Shown here in pieces: positions 17,197 through 27,180 of a DNA stretch of 64,000 nt. The notes beneath the pieces were generated by a model, which was given only the letters and a program-made list of their open reading frames with translations, did no database searches and had not been told where the DNA came from. The position numbers were made by a program, and so were the translations under genes. Within the stretch, counting starts at the first letter, position 1; each line of letters opens with the position of its first letter. This stretch comes from Fidelibacterota bacterium SCGC AAA003-L08 (GTDB taxonomy: Bacteria; Fidelibacterota; Marinisomatia; SCGC-AAA003-L08; D37C17): positions 36,591 to 100,590 of the forward strand of contig ASPJ01000001.1 in assembly GCA_000405805.1 (NCBI GenBank), written 5' to 3'.

Positions 17197-18734
17197 TGAG
17201 TCCCCTTGCTATGTTGAGCCTCTATTGCAGATGACACAATAGCATTTGCAGTTTGAATACCATTTCTAAGACTGATAATTTCTGGATTTAGTTTAGTGCT
17301 TTGATAGAACCCCTCAATATCATTTTGTAGATTTCTTAAGATTTTTTGAGCTCTAAGTAGTCGTTGCCGAGTTCTCACTAACCCTACATAGTTCCACATG
17401 GTATGTTTGATACTGAGCCAATCCTGCGCAATTAATGCGGGATCAATTACGTCATTTTCTATTACCCAAGGCTGAATTGTAGGAAAATAATCATCGCCTT
17501 CTTGTTCAATAGTAGCATCTTTTCCTGCATTATATCCCCAAACTAAACACTCAAGCAATGATGTGCTAGCTAATCTATTAGCACCATGTACGCCTGTACA
17601 GGAAACTTCTCCTATTGCATAGAGTCTTTTTAATGATGTATGTCCATTTAAATTTACACCAATACCGCCACATGAATAATGGGCAGCAGGAACAACTGGG
17701 ATAGGCTCTTTGGTAATATCAATATTTTTTTCTATACAATGGGTATAAATATTGGGGAATCTATTTTTTATCCATTTTTGTTCTTTATGGGTAATATCAA
17801 GATATACACATGGATGATTATTTTTAAGCATAGTTCTATGAATACCACGAGCAACAATATCACGTGGAGCTAATGATCCCTTAGGATGGATTTTATCCAT
17901 AAATGGGGTCCCTGAATTATCAATAAGTATACCTCCCTCACCTCGAATTGCTTCAGAAATCAAAAATCGTTCTGTCCCATGATATAAGGCTGTTGGATGA
18001 AATTGTATATAATGTAAATTAAAACATCGAGCTCCAGCTCGCCATGCCATTGCAATACCATCACCATGGGATTCTAATGAATTGGTAGTATGTAAATAGA
18101 GTTGTCCAATACCACCCGTGGATAGTATAGTCCGTTTTGCATAAATAGGAGTCACTTCCCCATTTAAATTATTTAATACCATTGCGCCAAAACAGGCAGG
18201 TTTTTTATAAATATCTTTTGTATTTGTTGAATGGTGTGATAAAGTCAGTAAATCTACTGCAGTATAGTCTGTTAAAATTTCTAAATTTTCTAAATTTTCT
18301 AAATAATTCAATATTTTTGTTTGTATTGAATCCCCAGTTTTATCTTTAGAGTATAATATTCGTTGTTCAGAGTGTGAAGCCTCAGATGTTAACTCATAAC
18401 TTGTTTTATTTTTTGTTTGAGTAAAATCTATATTCAATTTATTAATTAAAATTTCTTTTACAAGCTTTGGCCCATCATTACATAATTTATTAACAGCTAA
18501 ATCCCATGAGTCATTATGACCTGCGTGAATGATATCTGATTTTAATTTTTTTGGAGAATCAGTAATTCCTTTATAGACAATTCCTCCCTGCGCATAAGGT
18601 GTATTTCCGCTTTTTAATGTTTTTGTTTTTGTAATCAGTATTATATTTTTCCCTGATTCAGCAGCAGCTATAGCAGCTGATGCACCAGCTAAGCCAGATC
18701 CGATAATTAATATATCTGTTTTTTTAGATTGCAT
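17166..18734 (-). CDS. nadB: L-aspartate oxidase
   Basis: 522 aa. Motifs: ILIIGSGLAGASAA, YAQGGI, FHPT, RGEGG, and GANRLASTSLLE. It is adjacent to nadC and nadA. The 3' end overlaps the panC 3' end by 31 nt (convergent). Confidence 0.92.
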   Translation of the reverse strand: MQSKKTDILIIGSGLAGASAAIAAAESGKNIILITKTKTLKSGNTPYAQGGIVYKGITDSPKKLKSDIIHAGHNDSWDLAVNKLCNDGPKLVKEILINKLNIDFTQTKNKTSYELTSEASHSEQRILYSKDKTGDSIQTKILNYLENLENLEILTDYTAVDLLTLSHHSTNTKDIYKKPACFGAMVLNNLNGEVTPIYAKRTILSTGGIGQLYLHTTNSLESHGDGIAMAWRAGARCFNLHYIQFHPTALYHGTERFLISEAIRGEGGILIDNSGTPFMDKIHPKGSLAPRDIVARGIHRTMLKNNHPCVYLDITHKEQKWIKNRFPNIYTHCIEKNIDITKEPIPVVPAAHYSCGGIGVNLNGHTSLKRLYAIGEVSCTGVHGANRLASTSLLECLVWGYNAGKDATIEQEGDDYFPTIQPWVIENDVIDPALIAQDWLSIKHTMWNYVGLVRTRQRLLRAQKILRNLQNDIEGFYQSTKLNPEIISLRNGIQTANAIVSSAIEAQHSKGTHYIDESSEYK

Positions 18735-19580
18735 TTATCTGAACTCTAATTTAATGTCACTGCTTTGTATTTGATGAGTAAGTGCACCAATGGAAATTCC
18801 ATCAATACCTGTATTTAGATAGGGTTGAATATTAGTCAAGTTTATTCCTCCAGATGCTTCAATAAAAATCTCCTTCCCATATTGATGAGAACGAATAATT
18901 TTAACAGCTTCTTTAATTTTTACAGGGTTCATATTATCAAGGAGGAATCCATTCACTCTATTTTTTAATCCTTCATGTATTTGATCTATAGTATCTACTT
19001 CTAATTCAACCCAGTATTTTCTGTCAATTTTTTTAAGGGTTGCAGATATTGAGCCTGCAGATTGAATATGATTATCTTTAATTAAGATTCCACTGGACAA
19101 ATCAAATCGATGATTATATCCGCCGCCACACTTAACAGCATATTTCTCAAATAGTCTCATGCCAGGTGTTGTTTTTCTAGTATCAAGAATTTTTACATTA
19201 AATGGCTCTGCTAGATCAACATATTTTTTTGTGTGTGTTGCAATACCACATAAACGCTGGATAATATTCAACATTACTCGTTCTCTTGCAAGTATTGATT
19301 GAGCATCTGCTATAATTGTTCCAATAATAGTATTTGAGGGTAGTAAATCTCCATCATTAACATTTACTTTAATTTTTCCATCAAAACAATGAGGGATTAT
19401 TTCCGATCCAGAAAATATTAATGGCTCCATGGTTATGATATCTGCTTCATTAATTTGATTATCTTCAACTATTGATTGAGTTGTAATATCTTTATAAGCT
19501 AAATCTTCTTCTAAAAAAGAGTTTATTTTTTTTATAATGGTATTTTTATCTAATTGATTATATTGTTTATAATTTTTCAA
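18735..19580 (-). CDS. nadC: nicotinate-nucleotide diphosphorylase (carboxylating), i.e. quinolinate phosphoribosyltransferase
   Basis: 281 aa. Motifs: DTRKTTPGMRLFEKYAVKCGGGYNHRFDLS, ILIKDNH, LDNM and EASGGIN. Confidence 0.92.
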   Translation of the reverse strand: MKNYKQYNQLDKNTIIKKINSFLEEDLAYKDITTQSIVEDNQINEADIITMEPLIFSGSEIIPHCFDGKIKVNVNDGDLLPSNTIIGTIIADAQSILARERVMLNIIQRLCGIATHTKKYVDLAEPFNVKILDTRKTTPGMRLFEKYAVKCGGGYNHRFDLSSGILIKDNHIQSAGSISATLKKIDRKYWVELEVDTIDQIHEGLKNRVNGFLLDNMNPVKIKEAVKIIRSHQYGKEIFIEASGGINLTNIQPYLNTGIDGISIGALTHQIQSSDIKLEFR

Positions 19581-20494
19581 CTAAGCTCCATCATTCTTTG
19601 AAGCGGTTTCAATGCTTTAATTCTTAATTCTTCTGACATAACTATCTCTGGCTGTAATGTATTCAGGGCAGTATACATTTTTTCAAGAGTGTTTAATCTC
19701 ATATAAGGACATTCATTGCATGCACAACCTTCATTATTAGGCAATGGAATAAATTCTTTATTAGGATTTTGTTTTTTCATTTGGTGGATTACTCCAGGTT
19801 CAGTTGCAATTATGAATTGTGTTTTCTCACTATCTTTTGCAAAATTAATTATAGAAGTAGTCGAACCAATATGGTCTGCATGCTTTAAAATATTCTCATC
19901 ACATTCAGGGTGGGCTAATAATTGTGCCTCAGGGTATCTTATTGATAGTTTTATTAATTCCTTTTCTGAGAAAATAACATGGACCTGACATGACCCATCC
20001 CATAATCGCAGTGGTCTATTTATTTTTTTTTGAAGATATGACCCTAAATATTTATCTGGAGCAAAAATTATTTTTTCATTAAGGGGGAGACTCTTTATTA
20101 TTTTTTCAGCATTTGATGATGTACATATAATATCAGACATTGCTTTTATTTCTGCAGAACAGTTAATATAACTAATTACAGTATGATCCGAATATTTAGT
20201 AGTCCATTTTCTAAATTCATTTTCTGGAGCACTATCTGCAAGGGAACACCCTGCATTTAAATCTGGCAGGAGGACTATCTTCTCAGGATTAAGAATTTTT
20301 GCTGTCTCACACATGAAATGGACACCACAAAATAAAATTACATCAGCATCTGTTTTCTGAGCATATTTAGCTAGAGCTAGGCTGTCACCCATATAATCAG
20401 CTAAATCTTGGACATCAGGATTTTGATAATAATGAGCTAGAATAACAGCATTATGCTGTTCTTTTAATTTTAAAATTTCATCTTTATAATTAAT
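19577..20494 (-). CDS. nadA: quinolinate synthase; proposed non-canonical ATT start 102 nt upstream of the ORF-track ATG
   Basis: The ORF-track product starts MGDSLALAKYA. The in-frame upstream sequence encodes I-NYKDEILKLKEQHNAVILAHYYQNPDVQDLADY, the conserved NadA N-terminus (compare T. maritima [22 protein letters not shown] as recalled). No ATG, GTG or TTG occurs between the in-frame TGA and 20392. GGAG at 20506-20503 lies 8 nt before the ATT at 20494. Confidence 0.85.
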   Translation of the reverse strand: MNYKDEILKLKEQHNAVILAHYYQNPDVQDLADYMGDSLALAKYAQKTDADVILFCGVHFMCETAKILNPEKIVLLPDLNAGCSLADSAPENEFRKWTTKYSDHTVISYINCSAEIKAMSDIICTSSNAEKIIKSLPLNEKIIFAPDKYLGSYLQKKINRPLRLWDGSCQVHVIFSEKELIKLSIRYPEAQLLAHPECDENILKHADHIGSTTSIINFAKDSEKTQFIIATEPGVIHQMKKQNPNKEFIPLPNNEGCACNECPYMRLNTLEKMYTALNTLQPEIVMSEELRIKALKPLQRMMELS

Positions 20495-20583
20495 TTTATA
20501 TTCTCCAAATATATTTAATAATCATATAATATAATTTATTAAAGAGATTTAAATTAATAGAACAAATAATAATTTCATATTAT

Positions 20584-20808
20584 ATGCTTAAAGATAGTAT
20601 TCACATAACATTGGGAATAATTTTAGTTCTTATTGGATTAATAGGAGGTTTAATACCTATTTTCCAAGGTTGGATATTTGGTATCCCTGGAATTATTATT
20701 TTAGCAAAATATTCTTCATCAATTAAAAGGATAATAGTTTTTTTATCTCAGCGATTTAAAATATTTAAAAAAATATTAGATAAAATAGAAAAATCAAAAA
20801 ATGAATAA
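20584..20808 (+). CDS. small two-TM membrane protein (possibly PGPGW-type)
   Basis: 74 aa. Two hydrophobic helices (ITLGIILVLIGLIGGLIPIF and GWIFGIPGIIILA) precede a basic tail. It overlaps the next gene by 8 nt. Confidence 0.4.
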   Translation: MLKDSIHITLGIILVLIGLIGGLIPIFQGWIFGIPGIIILAKYSSSIKRIIVFLSQRFKIFKKILDKIEKSKNE

Positions 20809-21952
20809 TAAAATTAAATCTTTATTTTTATTAGATAAAGAAATAACCTACTTAAACCATGGTTCATTTGGAGCATGTCCTAAGTCTATTTTTGATTCAC
20901 TTATTAGTTTCCAAACACAATTAGAGAATCAACCCGTACAATTTCTAGATGAAGATTCGAAAGAGTTAATGCTTAATAGTAGGAATAGTTTGGCAAAATT
21001 TATTGATTGTGACCCAGACAGTTTAGTTTTTTTTCAAAACCCAACAACGGCAATCAATGAAATTGTAAGAAGTCTTAAACTCAATAAAGGGGATGAGATT
21101 TTATCTACAGATCATGAATACGGAGCAATGGATAAAACATGGAATTTTATATGTAAAAAAACTGGGGCAAAACATATAAAATCTACTATTAAACTGCCCG
21201 TTGGAAACGAGCAAGTATTTTTAGATAATTTTTTATCTGGAGTAACAAAAAATACTAAAATATTTTTTTTAAGTCACATGACTAGTGCAACGGGGCTTTA
21301 TTTCCCTGTTGAAAAAATTTGCAAGTTTGCGAGAGAACATAATATTTTAATAATAATAGATGGAGCACATATACCCGGACATTTCCCTTTAAGTATTAAT
21401 ACTTTACAACCAGATATATATGTTGGGGCTTGTCATAAATGGTTGCTTTGTCCTAAGGGAGTTTCTTTTTTATATGTTAATAAAAAACATCAGGATAATA
21501 TTGACCCTCTTATTATCAGTTGGGGGTATGATTCGGAAGATCCATCAGATTACCCGGAATTTCAAGAACACCACTATTGGCAGGGGACACGAGATGTTAG
21601 TCCTTTTTTAACGATTCCAGATGCAATAAAATTTAGAAAAGATTATAATTGGGATATGGTCTCAAATGAATGTAAAAAAAATATTCTTAAAGCAAGAGAG
21701 GCAATTCATAATATTGTGGGGGGGGATCCATTGGTTGAAGATAATGTTGATAAATGGCTTGGACAAATGTGTAGTTTTCCTATTAATCATGATAATTTCA
21801 TTGACTTAAAAAGTTTATTAATAAATAAATATAAAATTGAAATACCCGTTGTGAAATGGAAAGATAGAATTTTGATGAGAATTTCATTAAATGGTTATAA
21901 CTCAAATAATGATGTTGATAAGTTATTGATAGTATTAAGGAAACTGGTTTAA
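20801..21952 (+). CDS. class V aminotransferase-fold PLP enzyme (isopenicillin-N-epimerase / cysteine desulfurase-like)
   Basis: 383 aa. Motifs: YLNHGSFGACP, IIDGAH, and the PLP-lysine context GACHKWLLCPKGVSFLY. Confidence 0.7.
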   Translation: MNNKIKSLFLLDKEITYLNHGSFGACPKSIFDSLISFQTQLENQPVQFLDEDSKELMLNSRNSLAKFIDCDPDSLVFFQNPTTAINEIVRSLKLNKGDEILSTDHEYGAMDKTWNFICKKTGAKHIKSTIKLPVGNEQVFLDNFLSGVTKNTKIFFLSHMTSATGLYFPVEKICKFAREHNILIIIDGAHIPGHFPLSINTLQPDIYVGACHKWLLCPKGVSFLYVNKKHQDNIDPLIISWGYDSEDPSDYPEFQEHHYWQGTRDVSPFLTIPDAIKFRKDYNWDMVSNECKKNILKAREAIHNIVGGDPLVEDNVDKWLGQMCSFPINHDNFIDLKSLLINKYKIEIPVVKWKDRILMRISLNGYNSNNDVDKLLIVLRKLV

Positions 21953-22038
21953 TAATTATCAACTATTTCCGCCCATAAATCAAACGTAGAGATTAGGCTA
22001 TGGTTTTATTATCTATTCCTTTAATAAAATTAAGAATA

Positions 22039-22881
22039 TTATCTGTCATCATAACAATGTTGCCTTGAGCAATAACCCCATTTCTTTTCACTTGGAATTT
22101 GTTTTTTTACACAGCCTGTAAAGTCATGACCAAAAGCACTACCTTGGCTAGTACTATAATATTGCCATCCCCCTGCCGTCCTATTACACCCAGACAAATT
22201 ACAAATACCATCTTCTCCCATACTCCCAATAAACCAGAAGCAAGAACCAAAAATTCCGATGAAAATAATTGTGAAAATCCATTTGCCTTTTGATCTCTTT
22301 TTAATTTTTCCTTCAGATGTAGGAATATTAATTTCACTATCTTCTGTAAAATTATCTGATTCAGATGATTTCAAAGCTTCTTCCTTCATAGCCTGCTTTG
22401 CATCTTTTGCCACCCCTTTTAATATATTTAATCCCGCTTTTACATCTCCTAATGATTTAGGTACTCCTGTTCCCTGGATTTTCTTTATATCAACAATATC
22501 TAAATTATCTGAATTTGGGTCAAAACCACATCCACGGGAATAATTAATTGTATCATCATTTAATTGTCCGTATCTCTTAATTTTTTTTACAATCCTTTTT
22601 GCAAGATTCTGCCAGGCATCTTTTAATTGTGGTCTAAATATGGTAATATGATCTGGAGTTGCATTTTCTAATTGTTGATAATTTATCTGGCATAACTCTA
22701 ACAGTTCTTCTTTATCTTCCATATCTTTTGGTAGAATAAATTGGTTAACATATTGAGATTTCTCATAAAATATTCTTTTATCTCTTTCTGAGTTTAATGG
22801 ATCAATAAAACTTTTTTTATCATCTTTATGCGAATCATCTATTTCTTGTAATTTAACAAGTAATTCTTCTGCATTTGGCAT
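22039..22881 (-). CDS. single-pass membrane protein with small Cys-rich extracytoplasmic C-terminal domain, unknown function
   Basis: 280 aa with no signal peptide. One TM helix (WIFTIIFIGIFGSCFWFIGSM) begins near residue 200. The C-terminal 55 aa holds 6 Cys (CNLSGCNRTAGGW...GCVKK...GYCSRQHC). Confidence 0.45.
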   Translation of the reverse strand: MPNAEELLVKLQEIDDSHKDDKKSFIDPLNSERDKRIFYEKSQYVNQFILPKDMEDKEELLELCQINYQQLENATPDHITIFRPQLKDAWQNLAKRIVKKIKRYGQLNDDTINYSRGCGFDPNSDNLDIVDIKKIQGTGVPKSLGDVKAGLNILKGVAKDAKQAMKEEALKSSESDNFTEDSEINIPTSEGKIKKRSKGKWIFTIIFIGIFGSCFWFIGSMGEDGICNLSGCNRTAGGWQYYSTSQGSAFGHDFTGCVKKQIPSEKKWGYCSRQHCYDDR

Positions 22882-22905
22882 TATACTCTTCCTTTTATTT
22901 AATAA

Positions 22906-23268
22906 TTATTTTTCTAGAAATCGATTATTAATTGATTCAAGAACTTCACGGTGTTTTGGAGTAGGGTCTAAATCCCAAGATTTTTGTGCTTCAATTTGAG
23001 CTTCCTTATCCCAGCCTTTTTTTGCGTATGTAATTGCCAAATTATGGTGTGCCTGAGACAATAATTCTATATCATCTTGACTCAATGCAGATATATCTTT
23101 TGAGAATAAATGTACAACTCGTTTAAATTCTCTTATAGCATTATCAAATTGCTCATACTCATAAAATTGTATACCTTCGTCCATCATTAGTTGGGCATTA
23201 CTTTTACATGCATTTAAGGCCAACAAGCAAAATAAGATAAATATAATATTTTTTATTAAGTAGTTCAT
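22906..23268 (-). CDS. small TPR lipoprotein
   Basis: 120 aa with lipobox LLALNAC and TPR-like helices (YEQFDNAIREFKRVV and HNLAITYAKKGWDKEAQIEAQKSWDLDP). Confidence 0.5.
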   Translation of the reverse strand: MNYLIKNIIFILFCLLALNACKSNAQLMMDEGIQFYEYEQFDNAIREFKRVVHLFSKDISALSQDDIELLSQAHHNLAITYAKKGWDKEAQIEAQKSWDLDPTPKHREVLESINNRFLEK

Positions 23269-23332
23269 TGATTATAATTATTAATTAGACTACAATTTGT
23301 ATGTTTTGGATTTAAAAAAACAAGATAAATTT

Positions 23333-24664
23333 TTACAATGAAGATATCACATCTCTAATTGCTTCTGCAAGATTATCAATTTGCCATGCTTCTATAGTTA
23401 GAGCAGGTGCAATTCTTACAGTACTATGATGTGTTTCTTTAGCATATACCCCACGCTTTAATAATTCAATAGAGACTATATGCCCATCTAGATTTTCATG
23501 ATTATGCATTTCAAATGCTGTTAATAATCCTTTTCCTCTAACCTCTTTGATTTTATCAGGGAATTCATCTTTTAAATCTAAATAGTGTTGCATTAATTGA
23601 GCGCCACGAATTCGAGCATTTTCAGCTAAATTCTGATCAAGGATTGATTTAACTGCATATACAGCTACTACAGATGCCAGTGGATAACCTCCAAAGGTTG
23701 AACCTTCTGATCCTGGAGTTAAAGTTTTTATGATCTCATCCTTCCCTGCAACAAAGGACACAGGCAGTATTCCACCACCAGCTGCCTTTCCACATCCCAT
23801 AAGATCAGGTTGAATATCATATAATTGATGAGCAAAATTTACTCCAGTTCTTCCATACCCAGTTTGCACTTCATCCATAGCTAATAAAATATTATATTGG
23901 TTACATAGTTCCCTTACCTTTGGCCAATAATCATTATCAGGGACTATAACTCCAGCCTCTCCTTGGATTGGTTCAGCCATAAAAGCAGCAATTTGGTCTC
24001 CTTTTTTAATAAAAATTTCTTCTAAAGCATTTAAATCATTAAATGGTACTAATTCAACTCCAGGTAAAAATGGACCAAAATTTTCTCTTGAATCAGGATC
24101 ATCAGAAAGAGATATAGCAGTCATAGATCTACCATGGAAATTGCCAGTGGCACCAATTATTATTGCTTGATCCTGTTTTATTTTTTTAATTGTATAACCC
24201 CAGCGTCTTGCAATTTTAAACATAAGGTCAGGTGCTTCTACTCCTGCAACTTTAGGAATTACACGATCCATATTAGTAAAATTGGTAATTGCTAATAGAA
24301 AAGCACTCATGTACTTATGCCTAATTGATCGAGGAACAGTTGGCAATTTTTCTACTGTCAGATGAGCAACTACAGAATCAACAATTATTTTATTTAATTG
24401 TCCTTGATTGACTGCAGAATAGCAACATAATCCATCAAGCAATTCTTCTTCAACATATTTTTCAACATCATTATTACTAGGTTTTCTACAAATCAATGTA
24501 GAAGAATCCTGAACATGAGATACTACAACATTTTCTAAAGGCTTATAGTTAAAACCTCCTCTAGTTTTTTCTATGTTTTCATGTTCATCAGGAGATAAAT
24601 CTCCTATTCGTGTTCCAAAAACAGTAAGGTTATCTCCATATCCTTCAATAGGTGATTTTTTCAT
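23333..24664 (-). CDS. rocD: class III aminotransferase, ornithine aminotransferase-like
   Basis: 443 aa. Motifs: YSAVNQGQ (compare YSAVNQGH), ARRWGY, GNFHGRS, EPIQGEAGV, DEVQTGYGRTG, and GKAAGGGILPVSFV (compare GKALSGGxYPVSAV). Confidence 0.6.
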   Translation of the reverse strand: MKKSPIEGYGDNLTVFGTRIGDLSPDEHENIEKTRGGFNYKPLENVVVSHVQDSSTLICRKPSNNDVEKYVEEELLDGLCCYSAVNQGQLNKIIVDSVVAHLTVEKLPTVPRSIRHKYMSAFLLAITNFTNMDRVIPKVAGVEAPDLMFKIARRWGYTIKKIKQDQAIIIGATGNFHGRSMTAISLSDDPDSRENFGPFLPGVELVPFNDLNALEEIFIKKGDQIAAFMAEPIQGEAGVIVPDNDYWPKVRELCNQYNILLAMDEVQTGYGRTGVNFAHQLYDIQPDLMGCGKAAGGGILPVSFVAGKDEIIKTLTPGSEGSTFGGYPLASVVAVYAVKSILDQNLAENARIRGAQLMQHYLDLKDEFPDKIKEVRGKGLLTAFEMHNHENLDGHIVSIELLKRGVYAKETHHSTVRIAPALTIEAWQIDNLAEAIRDVISSL

Positions 24665-24851
24665 TATGAATTTCCTTATTTTTAATGAGTAATTTTATAA
24701 TAATTTCTATTAGTTTATTTTTTTTATTATTACTGATTATAATTTTTCCAAATAAATTTTGATAATTAAGCCCTAGATTAATAATATTGATTATTTCTAT
24801 TGCCTTAAATTATAAAGGAACATAATATGCTTCCAAGCATAGATATGTATT

Positions 24852-27128
24852 ATGAAGCGTAAAATATTATATATATTATATTTTTATCTATTAGTTAGTT
24901 TTTTATTTTCATTTAGCGATGTAAATAATGAAAAAATAATAGAAAATTTAAAAAATAAATCAATTAGTCTAATAGAAGGTGAAAACTTTGAGTTAGCATT
25001 AGATTTGTATTTAAAAATATTAGAATTTGAAAAAAATATCTATTCGGATAATAGCATTCAATTAGCACATACATATGATCAGATTGCAGATTTATATATT
25101 AAATTGGATAATCAGTCGGCAGCCCTATCGTATGTAAAAAAATCTATTAACATATATGAAAAGAATATGCTCCAGCCAAAGGAAAAGCTACTATCTTCTC
25201 TTAAAGATATATCTATAATATATGAAAATCAGAATCAATATGATTTATTAGATAAGTCTGAGAAATTAATAAAATCATTAGAAAATATAAATGATTTATA
25301 TTCTATTAAAGATATTTTTGTAGAGATTGATAATTTAAATCAAACAAAAGAAGATACCGCATTTCAATTTATTGATTTAGCCCAATCCTATAGATATAGA
25401 GGGCTCTATTCCCAATCAGCAGAAAATTTTTCTAAAAGTTTAGATTTAAAGAATTCGAATCTAGATTTTAAATATTACTATGATTTAATTTTAGAAGATA
25501 CAACCTATAATCAAGAAATGATTAATGCCTTTGAATTTATAGCTGAAATTGATTCATCCTTCTATGGAAGTTATTTTTATTTATCATTACTACATAAACA
25601 GATTGGTAATCATAACCAATATATGGAATATATGGATAAATATATAAAGTACTCAGATAATAATGAAAAAGCACTGTATTTAAAAGCTATTGATCATTTT
25701 GAAAAACATAATTATATTGAATCTTTATTTATTTTTCAACAGATTTTAATTAATAATAAAAACAGCTTGTTTGCACGAGTAATGACAGCTAAATCCCTGT
25801 TTGCATTGAATTCATTTGAGAATGCAATAGAAGCATTCAAAATAGTATTAGTTAATGATCCTTATAATTTAGAATCACGATATCATTTAGGGATATCATA
25901 TATTCATTCTGATAAATATAATGCTGCAATAGAGGAATTAACTCAAGTATTATTATTATATCCAGATTATAAAGATACTTATTACTATCTGGGCTACTCA
26001 TATTTAATGATTAATGATGAAAATAAAGCGAAGGAATCATTAAATAGAGTAATATTAAATAATCCAGATAATGGGGATGCTCATTATCTATTGGGTACTA
26101 TTTATGAAAATATTCTAAATGAAGATAAGGCAATCAGTTCATATAATAATTCCATTAAATACTCTCCAGAAAATTTAGATGCATATAAAAAACTAGGATT
26201 GATTTTTTATAATCAAGAAGAATATAGAGATGCTATGGAATATTTGAGAAAATATATTATACATAATCCAGATAGTACTAATATTTTAAATACACTTGGA
26301 GATATCTTCATAAAAGAAAAAAGATACCAAGAAGTTGTAGATACTTATTATAAATTGATAAATATTAATGGAGACAATATAGACTATTATAATTATATAG
26401 CAGATGCATACTCCAATCTTAAAGATTATGAAAACTCAAAAAGAGTGTATTATAAAATTAATGAACTAGACAGCTTAAACATCAACTCATATATTAAATT
26501 AGGTGAGATTGCATTACAAGAAAACAATTATAATCAAGCAATCAATTTATTTTTATATGCTACAGAGTATAGTAATGATTCCATTGATTTACTTTACGCG
26601 TTAGCATTGGCATATGGCGAATCGGAATTATTTTTACAGTCAGCCATAACATTTCAACATATTCTAGATTTATATCCAGATAACCCTGAAATTAATTATC
26701 AACTAGCAGTAATTTATAAAGAGATGAATCTACATATATTAGCCATTAGCCATTTTAATAAGTATTTATATTTTTATGGTGAGGATCCAATGGCATTTTA
26801 TTTTTTGGGAGAGTCATATCTAAAAATAGAAGATTATCATAATGCTAAATTAGCATTTGAGAAATCTCATAAACTAAACTCAGGAGATTATAGGACTTTA
26901 TTCTACTTAGGTCTTGTTTCTCAAGAATTAAGTAATTACGAATCAGCTGCAAAATCATATAAGAAAGCAATTAGAATAAATTCAGATCATAGTTTATCTC
27001 ATTATAATTTAGGAATCAGCTACTTAGAACTAGGAAAAAAGCGCGAAGCTCAAAAAAAATTAGATATATTATTCATGTTGGATAAAACACTCTATGATTC
27101 TTTAAATGTAAGAATAAATTCCTTTTAG
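24852..27128 (+). CDS. large tetratricopeptide-repeat protein
   Basis: 758 aa with an N-terminal hydrophobic segment followed by many TPR units (for example AHYLLGTIYENILNEDKAISSYNNSIKYSPEN and SHYNLGISYLELGKKREAQKKLD). Confidence 0.7.
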   Translation: MKRKILYILYFYLLVSFLFSFSDVNNEKIIENLKNKSISLIEGENFELALDLYLKILEFEKNIYSDNSIQLAHTYDQIADLYIKLDNQSAALSYVKKSINIYEKNMLQPKEKLLSSLKDISIIYENQNQYDLLDKSEKLIKSLENINDLYSIKDIFVEIDNLNQTKEDTAFQFIDLAQSYRYRGLYSQSAENFSKSLDLKNSNLDFKYYYDLILEDTTYNQEMINAFEFIAEIDSSFYGSYFYLSLLHKQIGNHNQYMEYMDKYIKYSDNNEKALYLKAIDHFEKHNYIESLFIFQQILINNKNSLFARVMTAKSLFALNSFENAIEAFKIVLVNDPYNLESRYHLGISYIHSDKYNAAIEELTQVLLLYPDYKDTYYYLGYSYLMINDENKAKESLNRVILNNPDNGDAHYLLGTIYENILNEDKAISSYNNSIKYSPENLDAYKKLGLIFYNQEEYRDAMEYLRKYIIHNPDSTNILNTLGDIFIKEKRYQEVVDTYYKLININGDNIDYYNYIADAYSNLKDYENSKRVYYKINELDSLNINSYIKLGEIALQENNYNQAINLFLYATEYSNDSIDLLYALALAYGESELFLQSAITFQHILDLYPDNPEINYQLAVIYKEMNLHILAISHFNKYLYFYGEDPMAFYFLGESYLKIEDYHNAKLAFEKSHKLNSGDYRTLFYLGLVSQELSNYESAAKSYKKAIRINSDHSLSHYNLGISYLELGKKREAQKKLDILFMLDKTLYDSLNVRINSF

Positions 27129-27180
27129 ATAAATTTTCTTTGTAAATTTCCGACCGTATTTTTTATTTAAAGAGGAATTT

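Noticed and set aside
18273-18308. Tandem 9-nt repeat (taaattttc x about 3.5) inside nadB encoding LENLENLEIL
   Set aside because: It is in frame, small and located in a variable surface region of L-aspartate oxidase. It is probably simple replication-slippage noise without regulatory meaning.
24827-24862. 11-codon mini-ORF (MLPSIDMYYEA) with an AAAGGA Shine-Dalgarno-like sequence overlapping the start of the TPR gene; possible leader peptide
   Set aside because: It is too short, has no regulatory codon run or associated terminator/antiterminator structure, and could easily arise by chance in AT-rich DNA.
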